Shown piece after piece: positions 26,700-41,637 of a DNA stretch of 64,000 bases. Numbering within the stretch: position 1 is the first letter of the stretch; every line of letters begins with the position of its first letter. A program made the position numbers and the translations under genes. The stretch spans positions 76,756,001-76,820,000 of the forward strand of contig OX597831.1 of NCBI GenBank assembly GCA_951406725.2, given 5' to 3'. The DNA is from Octopus vulgaris (lineage: Eukaryota). The notes under the pieces are model-generated. The model made no database searches. It saw only the letters and a program-made list of their open reading frames with translations, and was not told where the DNA came from.

Positions 26700-27610
26700 T
26701 ATATATTGTTGTATTTCGGAATGGTCATTTTGCCAGTTTAGCCAATAAAAAAACACACACGCACACTATATATTTGGTGTTACTTTGCTTCAGCGTTATT
26801 TACTTTTTACATTAATCTTAATTTTATTTCAGCCAGAGTTCTTTTGTCACACTTCTGTGACCTCATCAGTGGTCCTTTGCTTTCTTCTTTCCTAATAATC
26901 TATGCATGTTAAATAAAAACTAGTATGGTATATTATTTCCTTATTTTGTTACAAAACATTAAGATTTGAAAATTTAGGAATAGTCAGAATGTTATTATTT
27001 AAAATACTTAAAAGTACGGGTGGCACAATGTATGCAGGATGATCCTAGATCAAAACGGTTATTCAATAAGTTTATATCATCCCTATGTTTCAAAATTTCA
27101 TGTCTCCATAGAACAACGTTCACACCCATCTCTATTATTTTATAAGGTTGTGCCCTTCTTATTATATCCCATTGTAGGTTAAACTCGATATTTTTCCTTT
27201 CAATTCCCAAATTTTACTAGACAGCTTTGTGCAACCCACCTTATGTTTAAGTCTAAAACTAGATAAATGATTGTTTAAGCGTTTTTACAGGTCCATCGAA
27301 CATCCGAAATAGAAATAGCTATTATTTGAAGTCATTACTGTACATTTATAAATCAAGTTTTGGAGTAGACACCGACCCGATACCGGACATGTTGATCTAA
27401 TTCTACAATTACAACTGTTTGGTTGATTTCTGATATTAGTATTATTTAGGAACAAGCTGTTTTCATTGTTATTATTAGAGCTATTATTAACATTAGTATT
27501 ATTTCCCTTATCTATAATTATATTGTTATGTAAGTTAGGGTTGTTTGTTACTAATTTTTTCTCCATTCTCTCACTTTCAACATTTTTATTACTATCATTT
27601 ATATTATTGA

Positions 27611-27704
<94 letters not shown>

Positions 27705-28780
27705 GCTACTTATAATATTTCTGGCTAACTTAATATTTTTTTTCTATTTAGTCTAGCTAATACGGTACCTATATTTGGAAGAGTAGAGTATGATACTCTC
27801 AATGATTTACCAGAAATTATTTTATAATATTTATGGGAAGCAGCGAGGTTTGTTTCTATTATGGACATAAATTTGCCGTATATGTTCATAGAAATTGCTC
27901 AGTTGAAGGGAATATTCAGCCATACAACATTTTTTCTTTTGAATTTTTTATTTGAGTAGGGGGGGGTATATGTTATCAATATCCTTTAGAGTTTTGTTAT
28001 TCTCTTTAGTCCTATATATATATTTATTAGGCTTTTTATCAGTGGGAGAGATATTTATATTATTATTTGTATTTATTTTATTTAACTTAACCTGTTTATA
28101 CTTATTTATGTCCTGTTTACTATTTCCATTTACTGCATAAGGTTTATATGCTAGGTTATCTGTTTTGGTCGATTTATATTTTTTAATGTTGAAGCTATTT
28201 TTATTCAATTTCTCATTTGAAAGATTTACATTATCAAAACCCAGGAAGGTGATTTCCTGGTTATATCCTGCTCTAGATAAGGCAACATTGTAATGATGAG
28301 TGAGAATTAAAAATTTCATTGTTAGACGATAGCTTTGTAATTCTACTCGAAATAATTTTAACTATCAATTTCAGGGGGGTGATTTGATAATTTATTTACG
28401 TATCTAATAATTTCACCATCTTTTCTATATGGGTAATATAATTTTGAGTTTAAATCTAAAGTAGCATCTAGAAAGTTAACTATCTTAGTGTTATATTCAT
28501 AAGTGATGTCTAAGTTGAAGTCCTTGAAGAATCCACTAATTTTCTTCCCTATTCTTTCAATGATCGGTTTATTATTACTAGGGACGATAAATAATGCATT
28601 ATCCCTATATAAACCCCCTTGTAATTCGGGGATCTCTCTAATTAGCATTTTAATAAATAATGGTCAATTTAATTAAAAAAATTCCATATGTAGCTGAAGA
28701 GTGCTCTACATTTTAAACTGATATAATACTTATATTGTTTAATTAAATGAAGTAGCATGAAACTATTGTACAACACTATC
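26700..28780 (-). mobile_element. Second PLE family, decayed (RT YRD motif and GIY-YIG)
   Basis: GGLYRDNAL..NFLDATL..YRK and CNC..CP..G.CL..NLIYKC..YFG. Hammerhead-like motifs at 26833-26873 (-) and 28690-28774 (+). Confidence 0.8.
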
Positions 28781-28821
28781 TTTGGATATCCTTGTTGCTT
28801 ATTTTGATTATACACACACAC

Positions 28822-28966
<145 letters not shown>

Positions 28967-29255
28967 CATATATATATATTACAAAATACAAAGTTATATC
29001 TTGAGATCGCTAGTGACAACAACACTCAAAATATATAACAGACTGGAATAGTAGTGCTCAAATGACCTGTATACACTTATTAATCCGAGGGGAGAAAATG
29101 TGAGCAGCTATGACTGCTAGATTAAATTATATGCTTATTAAGTAGCATTCAGTATCTATGTGAAGTTTTGGGAGTACGTAATGCCAGGTCTTTCGCATAT
29201 AGCCGGTACGTAATTGTGCATTTGTTTCCGTGTACTATGTGTTGTGTGTTAAAAA

Positions 29256-29337
29256 CATCCTGACGAGAGGAGTGTCAATTTCAAATATATGATATGTTTC
29301 ATATTAATTGGCGCGTCTCCGAAACGGCGTGTAGATG
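29256..29337 (+). ncRNA. Hammerhead ribozyme-like motif
   Basis: CAUC-CUGACGA-long stem II-C-GAAA-CGGCGU-GUA-GAUG. Confidence 0.65.
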
Positions 29338-29726
29338 AGCATTTACGTATTTTTGTAAATTTGTATATTTATCTTTTCTGTATTTTTCTCTGGAATATTA
29401 ATTCGTCATTATAATATGTCATTGTATGTTTTATTACCCCAAATTTTTAATTTAACAAATTAATACCAAATGTTTTATGATTTTAAGAGTAAATTCAATG
29501 TGTTATATATACAACACTGATTCTTATATATTTATATATTTTATAAGATGTTTATATATTTATATATTATTATATTTTTAAACGTCGGACTTTATATCTG
29601 TTCTGTAGATATAAATGAATATATGAATATTTGTATGTGTTTGATCTTTCTGTGGATTTTGTAATGTTCCTTTAGTTGCTGCTCACATTGCCTCCCCTCG
29701 GATTAATAAACACACACACGCACATA

Positions 29727-29785
<59 letters not shown>

Positions 29786-30092
29786 TTATACATCATATAA
29801 CCGAAGAGATGGTGTTGTGGATGTCCACTTCGGCATCCGAAACCCAGAGTTTTATCTTGACTATTGAATAATTGTCACATATTAATTTACAGATATATAT
29901 ATAGTAATTACATCGTAGAGGACCGATTTGAGCCATTAGTATGTAAACAAAGGCTATTAAGAAAACCTGCTAACAGTTTATTATTTGGTATCAATAATTT
30001 CGTTGCTAGTCACGAACACAATTCCACTGTATTTATGAAATATAAGCAAAAAAAAAAACAAAACAAAAACAAAAGCAGAATGCTTGACTTAC

Positions 30093-30281
30093 CGTTTCAT
30101 AGTCAAAGTCGTCATTAAAATCGAGGATTTCGGTTTTAGGAATTATGATGTAATCTTCAGAGAAATTTCTTCTCTCTTCCATCATTTCCAAATAAGGAAT
30201 TTTGTCCAAGTAATCTAAAACACTCTTCCAGTTCGTCACATTCATGTGTTTTATTTCTTTGATAGTTCCTGCAACCATTAC
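30093..30281 (-). CDS. Gene Y exon 3 (63 codons, VMVAGTIKEIK...DFDYET)
   Basis: tttacag acceptor and gtaagt donor, 189 nt, open. Homologous to Z exon 3 (W..LDY.D..PYL.M). Confidence 0.85.
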
Positions 30282-30479
30282 CTGTAAAGCAGATTTTATA
30301 TATATATATATATGTATTGAGAATAAAAAGGTAGTTAGAATATTGGATGATTATATATTTATATTTATTTACATTTCAGCGCTTTCTTCTCAACAGCATA
30401 AATACATATATACAATTTATAATGGAACACATCTAAGAGGAACTTCATTTTATAGACATACTGATCAAAAAAGTAACTA

Positions 30480-32300
30480 AAATATAGAAACCGACATATT
30501 TTACAGAACTACAGACACGAAACAATTCTCATGCACCAGAGATATATTAAAATAAATGTTCCATTCAATCTAAAGAGAATAATCTACACTACAATGTCAG
30601 AAAAAAACATCAGAGAACTCAGACGACAAGAACTTAAAAACATACTCGTCGACAGACACTACTCAACTTCGCGCATAGATGATGGGATAAAACGTGCAAA
30701 AAGAATTAATATACAAACACTAAGAGAGATCAAAACAACGCACTCACTCTAAAAATATTACCTTATATTTCCACAGACAAGCCCCCAAAACAACGAATCA
30801 TATAACGCTATTATCAAAAACCTTCCACTACAACATAAGGACATTAAACTGTATGAAATCCTACGCACCCATGAAATTATTAAAAGCAACAATCAACCAA
30901 AACTACTCAAGCGGATACTCATAAATGAAAAAGTATGCTAAAAATAACGAGAAAATGTGGATGACCAAACTGAAATATGTCCCAACATAATGGAAGTTTC
31001 AGAATTCCATTTTAAACAAGAAAAAATTATAAAATTAAAACTGTCTTCACTTGCGCCTCTGAAAATCTCATCTACTTCATAACATGGTCCGGCTGCAGTA
31101 CGAACTATATCGGCTCAATAGAAATGTCCCAAAGACGTAGATCTACACTACACAGGCAACAAATTTACCATCCGCATAAGTCAAATACCACTCAGTGGTC
31201 ACATAGATATGCAAAGGAACGTCAACCACTATTCACAATATTCCCACCTCAACTCAATAATCCCTGGATAGGTTTTAAAAACATTTAATCCATCGCTACA
31301 TTTGAATGCATCGCTACGTAGACACCTATGCAGACGACTTTTCATGATGTCTCAAGTACAGAGAATGTACACAAAGGGCACTCTATATCACTATCGAACC
31401 TCGTCTGGAGGCTCAAACAGAATGGACTGGAACATAAGACCCACTTGTTTATTATATGAAAAATAAAAAAAATAACGCTGCAGCGTACAACGGAACAAGT
31501 TATGTCTGGAAGAAACTCTGATAACCATCATATCCAGGGTAAATGGTGATAAAATAGACACTCTGAGGTGATCATATCATGTAAACAAAAAGGCAAAACA
31601 TCGTTTCTGGGATTAAAAAAAAAAAATTTGAAATGGAATAACATCAGACGCCTTTAGCATATTATATAATAAGGAAGGAACACAAACAAATAAACAAACA
31701 AGTCAATATTTAGGATGCTATACTACTGTACCGTCAGAAAAGCTATACCACTGTACCACCAAAAACAATTAGAAGTCTCCCTAAGAAAGTATCATTTATC
31801 AATTCTGACAATGAGCTCCTACAACTGATGGCTGTAGTCGCTGTACTGGCTGACCTGTTTACTTCAGAATTCATTGAAGATAGTCATGCCTTAAATGAGA
31901 TCGAACAAAGGAATGTACGACCCAACCTTCGCATCTACAGACAGAATTGCAATATAAATCCAGCATCATTACACACATCCATCCCCATATAATTGCCCTT
32001 CCGTCCTCTCTTTCCATCACTTTCCCTGCCTCCCCAACAAATACACACAGAAATACCCACATAACTCAACCAACCTTTTCACTGGTCAAAAACGGACAAG
32101 CATCGCTCTGGTAGGCATCCACTAATGTTATATCGCCTGAAGAAATGACTCCATGAAGAGGGATCTACCCGATACCCATGGATAATACGAGCTACATTGT
32201 AATAATCCCAGGAATACGCGCCCGAATATTACAGTTTTGAACAATCGCGAAATTTGTTCATTTGACGTTGGTTAGTTATTTCACTATGGCGAAAGCATGT
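30480..32300 (+). mobile_element. Decayed Penelope-like element (RT thumb, GIY-YIG, tail)
   Basis: IETDIFYR..NVPFNL..RII and CASENLIY..I...GC...YIG, heavily frameshifted. Confidence 0.7.
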
Positions 32301-32918
32301 TATTATTAAAGTTTGTTTTCTGAAAGATGAACAGTAGTACATAATTTTTCCCCTCCAAATATTGAGAATGGGATGCATGTATCTCCGAATGGTTAATCAG
32401 TTCGCTTCGCAATCATGAAGTCCCAGTTTCGATCTAAGATGTCATACAATGACATCTTAGCCAAGTGTTTTTTTTCCAAAGCTCATCAAAGAAAATGTTT
32501 GGAAGCTTGTCGAACTGATTGCACTTATGTTTCAAAAGGATTTCTCTATCACACGCTGTTTCTACTTTAAGGATACATATATCTCTGGAATATTCAACCG
32601 TTTATACGTTAATTCAATGAATAGGCTCTTCTATTCATTGAACAATTGATCACACATTGTCGAAACTGTCGGAGATCCTTTAGCTTTTTGGTGGAGGAGG
32701 GTAAAGAGTGTCGTTAGTTAGTGAGGTAGCTTGGTAAGGGGTGCAGCTATAATTATTGCCAAAGTAACTTTTGACATTGCTAGAATTTTAGAATTTGTAG
32801 GATATTATACTGTTTGTAGTTGAAAATACTTTAGAAGATGCTTATTTATGTGCTTACATTTGGATACTACCCCTGATCTTTGAAAAGCTATATCAACTTT
32901 TAAGAAGATTGAAGTTAC

Positions 32919-33109
32919 CTTTAAGTTTTCATCGAGCATCTTTAAAGATTCGAACTGAAGTTTTCCGAATGTAGCAGCTAGTTCGAATCTTACATTCCTC
33001 TCATACCAAAAAGTGGGATCATTTTCTGCTTCCTCAATGACTTCATCCGGGGTTCGCAAACGAAGAACTTCATTTACAACCTCTTCATCAGTTTTGCTTA
33101 TTCCTTTTG
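32919..33109 (-). CDS. Gene Y exon 2 (AKGISKTDEE...FELAATFGKLQFESLKMLDENLK)
   Basis: gctaat branch point, acag acceptor (phase 1) and gtaact donor, 191 nt. Confidence 0.85.
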
Positions 33110-33719
33110 CTGTTTGACAATGATAAAGAGAGTGATTAGCAGGTAATTTACAATATAGTACAATATACAATACACGTTGTATAAAATTTCAACAAATCTT
33201 ATAAAAGACTCGTCATAGCAGGAGATTGTAAGGAAAGAAACTGAGTTTGTATGCATGTGGAGAAGCGGGGAAATCGTTTACGTTGAGGTTAAAAACAGTG
33301 GTTAAGAGAATGGATCCCTGTCGTATTCCATCAGAGAAATAAATGGTACTTTTGACGACCAGAGAGGATGTTTACATACTCTGTTACTTATTTCAGACAT
33401 TTGATTGCGGCCATGCTGGAGCACCGCCTTTAGTCGAAGAAATCAACCCCTGGACTTATTCTTTGTAAACGTAGTACTTATTGTATCGGCCGCTTTTGCA
33501 CCAACATCGGTTGTAAAGCGACGGTTGGGGAGGGGCAAACACACAGAGAAATGCATATATATATATATACGACGTGCTTCTTTCAGTTTCCGTCTACCGA
33601 ATCCACTCACAACGCTTTGGACGACCCGAAGCTACAGTAGAAGACATTTGTCCAATGTGCCATACAGTGAGACTGAACCTGGAATAATGTGGTTGGGAAG
33701 TAAGCTTCTTATCAAACGG

Positions 33720-33780
<61 letters not shown>

Positions 33781-33785
<5 letters not shown>

Positions 33786-35279
33786 TAGATAAACTTAGAT
33801 ATGTTTCGACCAAAGATTGGTCCAGGCCATGTCTAACTTAATAGCACCACCTGATAGCATTATTCGAATCCTGTTTAAGTCAAGTTTTGTTTAAGTCAAG
33901 TTTTGTTCAAGTTGTGAGTTCTTGTTGGGTGAGTTGTATCCAATTATGGGTGGCTTATCTAGTATTCTTTGAAGGAATCTATCCAGACTCCGTTTAAAGT
34001 TGATGGGATCCTTTTCCTCTTTGATCTTCCTCGGGACAATGTTAAATAGGGCAGGGCCTGTTGAGGAAAAGAAATTATGTTGCAGTGTACATGTATGTTG
34101 TGATCTTGGGCAGGGGACGTATGGCCCGTGGTCCCAGTCTTGGATGAACCTTGAAGCTAATGTTTAGGTCGTTTGGGCAAAGTTGGCGGTATATTCTCCA
34201 CATCGTACAAATGATGTACCGCTCATGGCGACGCTGGAGGGAGTAAAGTTTCAAGGCTTTAAGGAAATCCCAATAATCGAGAGCAGCCATGCCTTCAATT
34301 CGTTTAGTGAGTGCCCTCTGGGGTGACTCAATTCTGGAGATGTTTTGTCTTGTATGGGGAGACCACAGTGGGCAGCAGTATTCAAGGTGTGGCCGTACAA
34401 AGGAGGTAAAAAGTGGTATGATGACACCTTGTTCTCTGGACCGGAAAGTTCTAAAGATCCAGGAACTCATCCTACGAGCTATATCGACCTTCTTGTTGAT
34501 GTGTGCACTCCATCTGAGATCGTCATCAACAATTACACCCAGGTCTCTGATATTGTTAGAGGCTGTGAGCGGTTCCCCTGAAGGAAGAGAGTATGGTTGT
34601 TTTAGTGAGGAATTTCTTCCAAAATGCATCAGCTCAAATTTTCCCTCATTTAGTTGCATTTTGTTTCTGTCTGCCCATTGACTCACATCATATAGATCAG
34701 ACTGGTGTTGAGTTCGGTCTGCTTCTTCATAGACGATTTGCTGGAGCTTAGTGTCATCAGCAAATATTTTCACTTTGCAGTAATGGACGACACTGGAAAG
34801 GTCGTTTATGTAAATTATGAAGAGTAGCGGACCCAAAACAGTCCCCTGGGGAACATCGCTGGTGACTTTTGCTGGGTTTGAGTGGACTCCATCAACTACA
34901 ACATGTTGTGTTCTATTCGCCAGGAAATACTTAATCCAGTGTAGAACTTTTCCACGGATTCCAACATTTGCCAATTTTGAGGGTAGGATATTATGGTCAA
35001 CCCTGTCGAACGCTTTACTGAAGTCAAGATATATGATGTCAGAGTTCGAACCTGTTCCCAAGGCTTTGAGTACATCTTCAATGTGGTGTAAGAGCTGTGT
35101 TAGACAGTCCCTGCCACAGCAAAAGCCATGCTGATTTGCAATTAGGAGTTTGTGGGTCTCCAGGAAGTCAGCTATCCTTGATCTTAACACTCTTTCAAAC
35201 ACTTTAATGATGTGGGAGGTGAGTGAGATTGGGCGATATTTGACTGCGAGGGATCTGTTTCCCTGTTTGAAAACCGGGA

Positions 35280-35281
<2 letters not shown>
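33781..35281 (-). mobile_element. 5'-truncated LINE (CR1/L2/Jockey-group RT) in (TA)n
   Basis: YRPISLTS, QHGF, LDFSKAFD, VPQGTVLGP and IFADD motifs. The 3' tail is (atctaagttt)2. Confidence 0.9.
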
Positions 35282-35319
<38 letters not shown>

Positions 35320-35710
35320 GTATATATACGTATATACGTATATACGTATATATATATATGCGCGCACGCGCGCGCGTGTGTGTGTGTGTGTGTCTTTGTG
35401 TTTGACCCTTACTACCGCTTTACAATCGATGCCCGTGTGCATACATCCCCATAACTTAGTTTCTGGCAAAAGAGACCGACACAATAAAAATCAGATTTAA
35501 ATGAAAGTATAAGTCCAGGGGTCAATTTGTTCGACTAAACCCTCTAAAGCATAGCATCAGCTCGAGTGTAGGGGTGGCTATAAGAAAAGAAGCTTCATTT
35601 TCCAGGCCAGGATCTTGCCCTATAGACTCGGACCGACCAATGACTTGTAACTGGATCTGGATGATAGAAACTGAAAAAAACCATCGTAGAGAAACTAGTC
35701 ATATATATAA

Positions 35711-35943
35711 CATCCGACTCGCTAGAAAGATCAGCCAAACTCCAAACCACTAATAGTTGTAATTCTGAAATGGAAAGAGAAATAAAAACGTTTACCCTCT
35801 TCTATCTGGACTATGCATAGTTTCGGCAATCTTTTGTAAATAAATTAATTTAATTAATTCATTTACCACTGGCGTTGCCTCGTCAACAGACTTACAACTA
35901 TTAGTGGTTTGGAGTTTGGCTGCTCTTTCTAGTGAGTCGGATG
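35711..35943 (-). mobile_element. Inverted-repeat mini-element with a hammerhead motif (35804-35891)
   Basis: About 55-bp inverted arms. UCUG-UUGACGA-GGCAA..UUGCC-GAAA-CUAUGCAUAG-UC-CAGA. Confidence 0.65.
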
Positions 35944-36189
35944 TCCTATTATGGCCATCCCTTATATGTTTGAATGTATATTATATAGTCTATTGACTAT
36001 TTTTTCTTTCTCACTTGACCGCTGGTAGCGGAGAATTTTTCTAGAATTTTTTGCTACCCTAAAATTTTTTAATATATATATATATATATCGCGGAAACAC
36101 CTGTTTGACCTCTTTATAAATGTTCTGAAATCTTTCACAGCCTTGGATTTTTATATCATTCTGTTAATTTTATATATATATATATATTC

Positions 36190-36391
36190 TTTTCTTTCTT
36201 TTCTTTCTTTTACTTGTTTCAGTCATTTGACTGTGGCCATGCTGGAGCACCACCTTTAGTCGAGCAAGTCGACCCCGGGACTTATTCTTTGTAAGCCCAG
36301 TACTTATTCTACCGGTCTCTTTTGCCGAACCGCTAAGTGACGGGGACGTAAACACACCAGCATCGGTTGTCAAGCAATGCTAGGGGGACAA

Positions 36392-36470
<79 letters not shown>

Positions 36471-36630
36471 TACGACAGGCTTCTTTCAGTTTCCGTCTAC
36501 CAAATCCACTCACAAGGCTTTGGTCGGCCCGGGGCTATAGCAGAAGACAATTGCCCAAGATGCCACGCAGTGGGACTGAACCCGGAACCATGTGGTTGGT
36601 TAGCAAGCTACTTACCACACAGCCACTCCA
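36190..36630 (-). mobile_element. SINE family B, near full length with an internal microsatellite (also 59855-60260)
   Basis: tRNA-like head gtggtaagtagcttg..gggttcagtccc, LINE-like tail cagcatggcc..gaaac and simple repeats. Confidence 0.85.
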
Positions 36631-37175
36631 TATATAATTAACAGAATGAGATAAAAAATGCAAGGCTTTAAAAGATTTCAGAACATTTATAAAGAGAAGG
36701 TCTTACAGCAGTTTCCGGGATATCTTATATATCCCTTCGTCGGAGACGGTGTGAGAAAATGGTTAATTAGCAGTTATTCTAGGGAAGATATGAAATACAG
36801 AGTGAGGTGGAGGAATGACAGATGTGAGATATGCAGGGATATTGTATCTGCAGTTCCATTATTTAAGCAGAATGGTATGCATATAAGTTTCCTGTATCTT
36901 GTGTGTAAGTTCCAATAGTATTTAAAATTGGTCATTCCGAGCATAGAGCTTGTAAACAGTGTTATTGAATCTAGGTTTTTTAACTATATATATGTAAGTA
37001 TGTACGTATGTATATATATTTATGTATGTACGTATATATATATGTATACATACATTTATATATATATATGCACACAAATATATATAATGATATAAATAAT
37101 ATATAAATGTATGTATATATACATACATATATGTATATACATCTACATATATATGTATATGCATATATATATATA

Positions 37176-37234
<59 letters not shown>

Positions 37235-37307
37235 TTATATATATGTATATACATATATATATATATGATATATATATATATATATATGTATTTATATATA
37301 TGTATAT

Positions 37308-37374
<67 letters not shown>

Positions 37375-37514
37375 ATGCATATATGGGTACAGGACATCAA
37401 AAATCAAAATCATAGAAAACGAAATTTTTTTCGAACACCGAAAAATACAAATAGAGAAACGAAACAGGCAATATGAAAAATATTCCCTTCATTAGTTGTC
37501 CCCTGTTTTATCTC

Positions 37515-37792
37515 CTGGGGTCTATTCATTCGACTAAATGTGTCTAACACATTGTGGACTAACACACGTGGACATGCCTACAAAGTCAGAAAACAACACA
37601 GCTCCCATGACTTTCGGAAACATTTTTTCACGCTCAGAGTTGCTGAAGCATGGAATAAACTGCCTGCGTCAGTTGTTGACTGCCATGACACTGCATCCTT
37701 TAAGGCCCTCATGCTTTCCGAAATCCGCCGAAACTACACCTGATTATATATACACTTTAGATGAGTTGTAGTGCATCTGAGCACTGTACACA

Positions 37793-37842
<50 letters not shown>

Positions 37843-37850
37843 CATTATTA
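37515..37850 (+). mobile_element. LINE 3' fragment (CR1/L2-like) with (ATT)n tail
   Basis: TRGH..K...RKHFF..RV...WNKLP..VV...FK. Confidence 0.75.
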
Positions 37851-37898
37851 TTTAAACATTCTTCAAGGTCGTACTTTTATATATATATATAAACATAC

Positions 37899-37956
37899 CT
37901 GTATTTTCAGTAAGAGCAATCACAAACACGAGCAAAATTACAATTCGAGTCGTCAT
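37899..37956 (-). CDS. Gene Y exon 1, signal peptide MTTRIVILLVFVIALTENTA
   Basis: aaatATG start, hydrophobic core, gtatgt donor in phase 1 matching exon 2, and TATA-like tattaaaaag upstream. Confidence 0.7.
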
Positions 37957-38049
37957 ATTTTCAACCGTGAAACGCTGGTTTGAAGTTAGCAACTGGTGCT
38001 GCTTTTTAATAGTCCTCTCTCGACCACAAATCAATAGGTGTCTGGCGAC

Positions 38050-38760
38050 TAAGTTTATGAAATGCTTCTTTTCAACAGTTATGCACTTGATGCATTGACT
38101 ATTACAATTTTAACATTTAAGCGATAAAGATATTCTATTCATTGCTTAGAATTATCAATAATTTTTTGTTTATATCAGCCATTCACCGTAGACAGCTTCT
38201 GAGAAATTTCTTTACACTATGTATTTCGGTGTCTGACACTTTAGTTTTGGAATAATGCAAAAATAGTAAAATAGTCGTCTGTTTTACTTTTTATAACTCC
38301 CACAACACTTTGACCCCCCATCATGTGAACGTGGTGTTCACGGTTCAAACCTTGATAAACATTTGCAAGGATTTGGCAGAAGTAATGTATTTGCCAGCGT
38401 ATAAGACGTACTCTCGAGTAAGACGTACACTGATTTTCCAAGTGTATTTTGTTGAGAAAAGCAAATTTAGTATGTTTGAGCAAACGCTTAGTGAAAGATC
38501 GTGTGGGATGGTAGTGTAAAGGTTTGTTACATCAAAGGAGACGATTAAAATGTCTTTATCGGTATGTTTGGGGAGATGATTTTATAGGTCCAGGCCATCT
38601 CTTACAATACTCGGTATGTGTTTCAGTATTGGTTTTAGGATGATATCGATAAAGTTGCTTAATCTGTGTGTTTCATAGTTTTGGCCCACCATTATTGGTC
38701 TCAGTTTGAGATCAGTAGGGTGTGGTACAGTGATGCAGCTTGAAGTGGACTTTGAAATAG
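38050..38760 (-). mobile_element. Decayed PLE RT fragment
   Basis: LKLRPI..G..YETHRLSNFIDIILKP..K..VRD on the minus strand. Confidence 0.65.
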
Positions 38761-38860
38761 AAAATAGTCGTTTACGATAAAATGGTGAAACAGGTCAGTT
38801 TATCCCAAATTCTTTGTAAACTAAATATATCTCCTTCGTTGTACATATATATACTACCAC

Positions 38861-39240
38861 AATGGCACAGTGGTTAGGGCAGCGGACTCGCGGTCATAGG
38901 ATCGCGGTTTCGATTCCCAGACCGGGCGTTGTGAGTGTTTATTGAGCGAAAACATCTAAAGCTCTACGAGGCTCCAGCAGGGGATGGTGGTGATCCCTGC
39001 TGTACTCTTTCACCACAACTTTCTCTCACTCTTACTTCCTGTTTCTGTTGTACCTGTATTTCAAAGGGCCGGCTTTGTCACTCTCTGTGTCACGCTGAAT
39101 ATTCCCGAGAACTACGTTAAGGGTACACGTGTCTGTGGAGTGCTCAGCCACTTACACGTTAATTTCACGAGCAGGCTGTTCCGTTGATTCGGATCAACCG
39201 GAACCCTCGTCGTCGTAACCGACGGAGTGCTTCCATCCAT
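38861..39240 (+). mobile_element. tRNA-derived SINE family C with an apparent target-site duplication (atatactacca)
   Basis: A box tggcacagtgg and B box ggtttcgattccc. atatactacca flanks both ends. Confidence 0.7.
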
Positions 39241-39524
39241 ATACTACCAAAATATGACCTTTTTGAATTTATAATTTTCTGTGTATATGTAATTTTTTCT
39301 ATAAACTGTTTTTAACATTTTCTCATTATTATCAAAGAGTGTATATATGTATTGTAATCTTTTGTGCCTAATATTTTAATGGACTTTTTAATTTTTTTAT
39401 ATTTTCCCAAGATTTTTCCTTGTAAACTGTTTTTAACATGTTCTTGTTATTATGAAAAAATGTATATATGTATTGTAATATTTTGTGATAACCAGTACCT
39501 AACACAACAAAGCTTTTACATGTT

Positions 39525-39566
39525 ACTTTTGACAATCTTTTACTAAAAAAGTGAAACCGGTCAAGT
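39525..39566 (+). ncRNA. Hammerhead variant (U3-A8 core)
   Basis: ACUU-UUGACAA-UCUUUU..AAAAGU-GAAA-CCGG-UC-AAGU. Confidence 0.55.
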
Positions 39567-39669
39567 GAATAAACATCTTTTAAAATTGCATTTTCAAACC
39601 TTCTTTTATATATAATTCCACTCGTGCGGTACCATACAACTTCACTTTATTATATATATATATATATAT

Positions 39670-41450
39670 ACATATATTGGTAAAAACGGTAAGATACCAA
39701 AAGAAAGAAAGAGACCTCAATATTATGTAAATAGAGGTAATTTATCTATAAAATAATATGTTACAATTATTCAATAGTCAAGATCAAACTCTGATGCCGA
39801 AGTGGAAATCCACAACACCATCTCTTCGGTTATCTGGCCAACTGAAAAACGCTATGAAAAAATACCGTTATATAAAGGGAAATTACTGTGTTATAATTCC
39901 GCTACTTATATAAATTAAGATTAAAAATTCATAGTAAACACGTAAACATGGCTACTCATACGCTCACATGTGCGCTCGCGGACCCACGCGCGTACTTATA
40001 CGTCACTATGAAAACGTACACATCTCCACTCGCATTTGTCGCCAAATGTATATGTATATATATACAAACTCATACTCACAAACGCGTACCGTAAAAGTTC
40101 ATACATACGTCTATACACACAAGCACAAGAAAAACATGGTTAAAGGTAACAATACAGAAAAAAAACAACAATACAGAAAAAAACATAAATGTGCTTGCAT
40201 GTCCGAGATCATCATCTATGAAGCTACCGTGGACTCTATAACCACTAAGGACACCGTTTCGAGGGTAATTTCAAGGCCAGGTTCAATAATCACACCATGA
40301 GTTTTAGGCACTGGAACAAAAGAAAAGCGACAAAATTATCTAATCATATTTGGTCATTAAAAGATAAAGGTGTCAATTATAACATCCATAGGAAGATTTT
40401 GGCCAAATGTAAGCCCTACATCAATGGCAGCGGAAAGTGCGGTCTATGCGACATGGAGAGATGGCTTATCTGGAAAAGCAGCTTAGACCCTACTACATGT
40501 CTAAACTCAAGGACAGAACTTTTCGGATCATGCCCACGTGTGACAAAATTTTTGTTACGTTTTTGGTCCCCTCAAAAAAACAGATAGAACTTGCTTTCTA
40601 TATTATGTCCAAAAAAGTTTTTTATTTCATTATACCTTTTATTATTTCATATATTTTTATTTTTTCACACTTAATAATTTTTCTGTACTCATCCATCCTG
40701 CATTTTTTCCTGTGCCTATATAGACGTGTATATAGATTCATTTGTACACGTGTGTGAATATGTATGAGTGGGCAGGTTTAGATGTGTGTGTGTGTGTGCG
40801 GGCATAAGAATACATATATATATATAGACGTTTTTACTTAGTATTTTTACATTTTTTTAGGGTTTCTTTTGGGCACATGTATATTCATTTTTCGTGTATG
40901 CGTGTGTGTGTATGCATATATAAACATGTGCGGGTATGTACATATATGGGCGTGCGTGTGTATGAGTGCATAAGGGCATGTCCGTATATGAACGTGGTTT
41001 TTACGCTTTGTATACTTCCTTATGTTTTTTTCTGTATTGTTACCTTTAACCATGTTTTTTCTTGTGCTTGTGCGTATATAGACGTATGTATGAACTTTTA
41101 CGGTACGCGTGTGTGTGTATGAGTTTGTATATATATGCGTATACATTTGGCGAAAAATGCGAGTGAAGATGTGTACGTTTTCATAGTGACGTATAAGTAC
41201 GCACGTGGGTCCGCGAGCGCACATGTGAGCGTATGAGTAGCAATGTTTACGTGTTTACTATGAATTTTTAATCTTAATTTATATAAGTAGCGGAATTATA
41301 ACACAATAATTTCCCTTTATATAACGGTATTTTTTCATAGCGTTTTTCAGATGGTCACATAACCGAAGAGATGGTGTTGTGGATTTCCACTTCGGCATCC
41401 GAAACTCAGAGTTTTATCTTGACTATTGAATAATTGTAACATATTATTTT
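39670..41450 (+). mobile_element. PLE derivative: about 420-bp inverted repeats around a GIY-YIG fragment, hammerhead variant at 41359-41417
   Basis: 39745-40165 is the reverse complement of 41025-41445. IIYEATV...HxxSF..TKLSNHIW.LK..CGLC..E is a PLE endonuclease pattern. Confidence 0.8.
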
Positions 41451-41451
41451 A

Positions 41452-41539
<88 letters not shown>

Positions 41540-41637
41540 AAGTTAATCCAAACAAGAAAGCACAAAAACACAACAACGCGAGGACGTGGAACAAATATAG
41601 TATTATTGGACGCTCAGGAAAGAAGGAAAGAAGGAGG

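Noticed and set aside
32145-32265. Further hammerhead candidates (also about 2365-2400 and 58530-58565)
   Set aside because: Core fragments are present but the stems could not be paired convincingly.
38861-38935. tRNA gene
   Set aside because: A and B boxes are present, but it continues into a SINE body with an apparent target-site duplication and has no clean acceptor stem.
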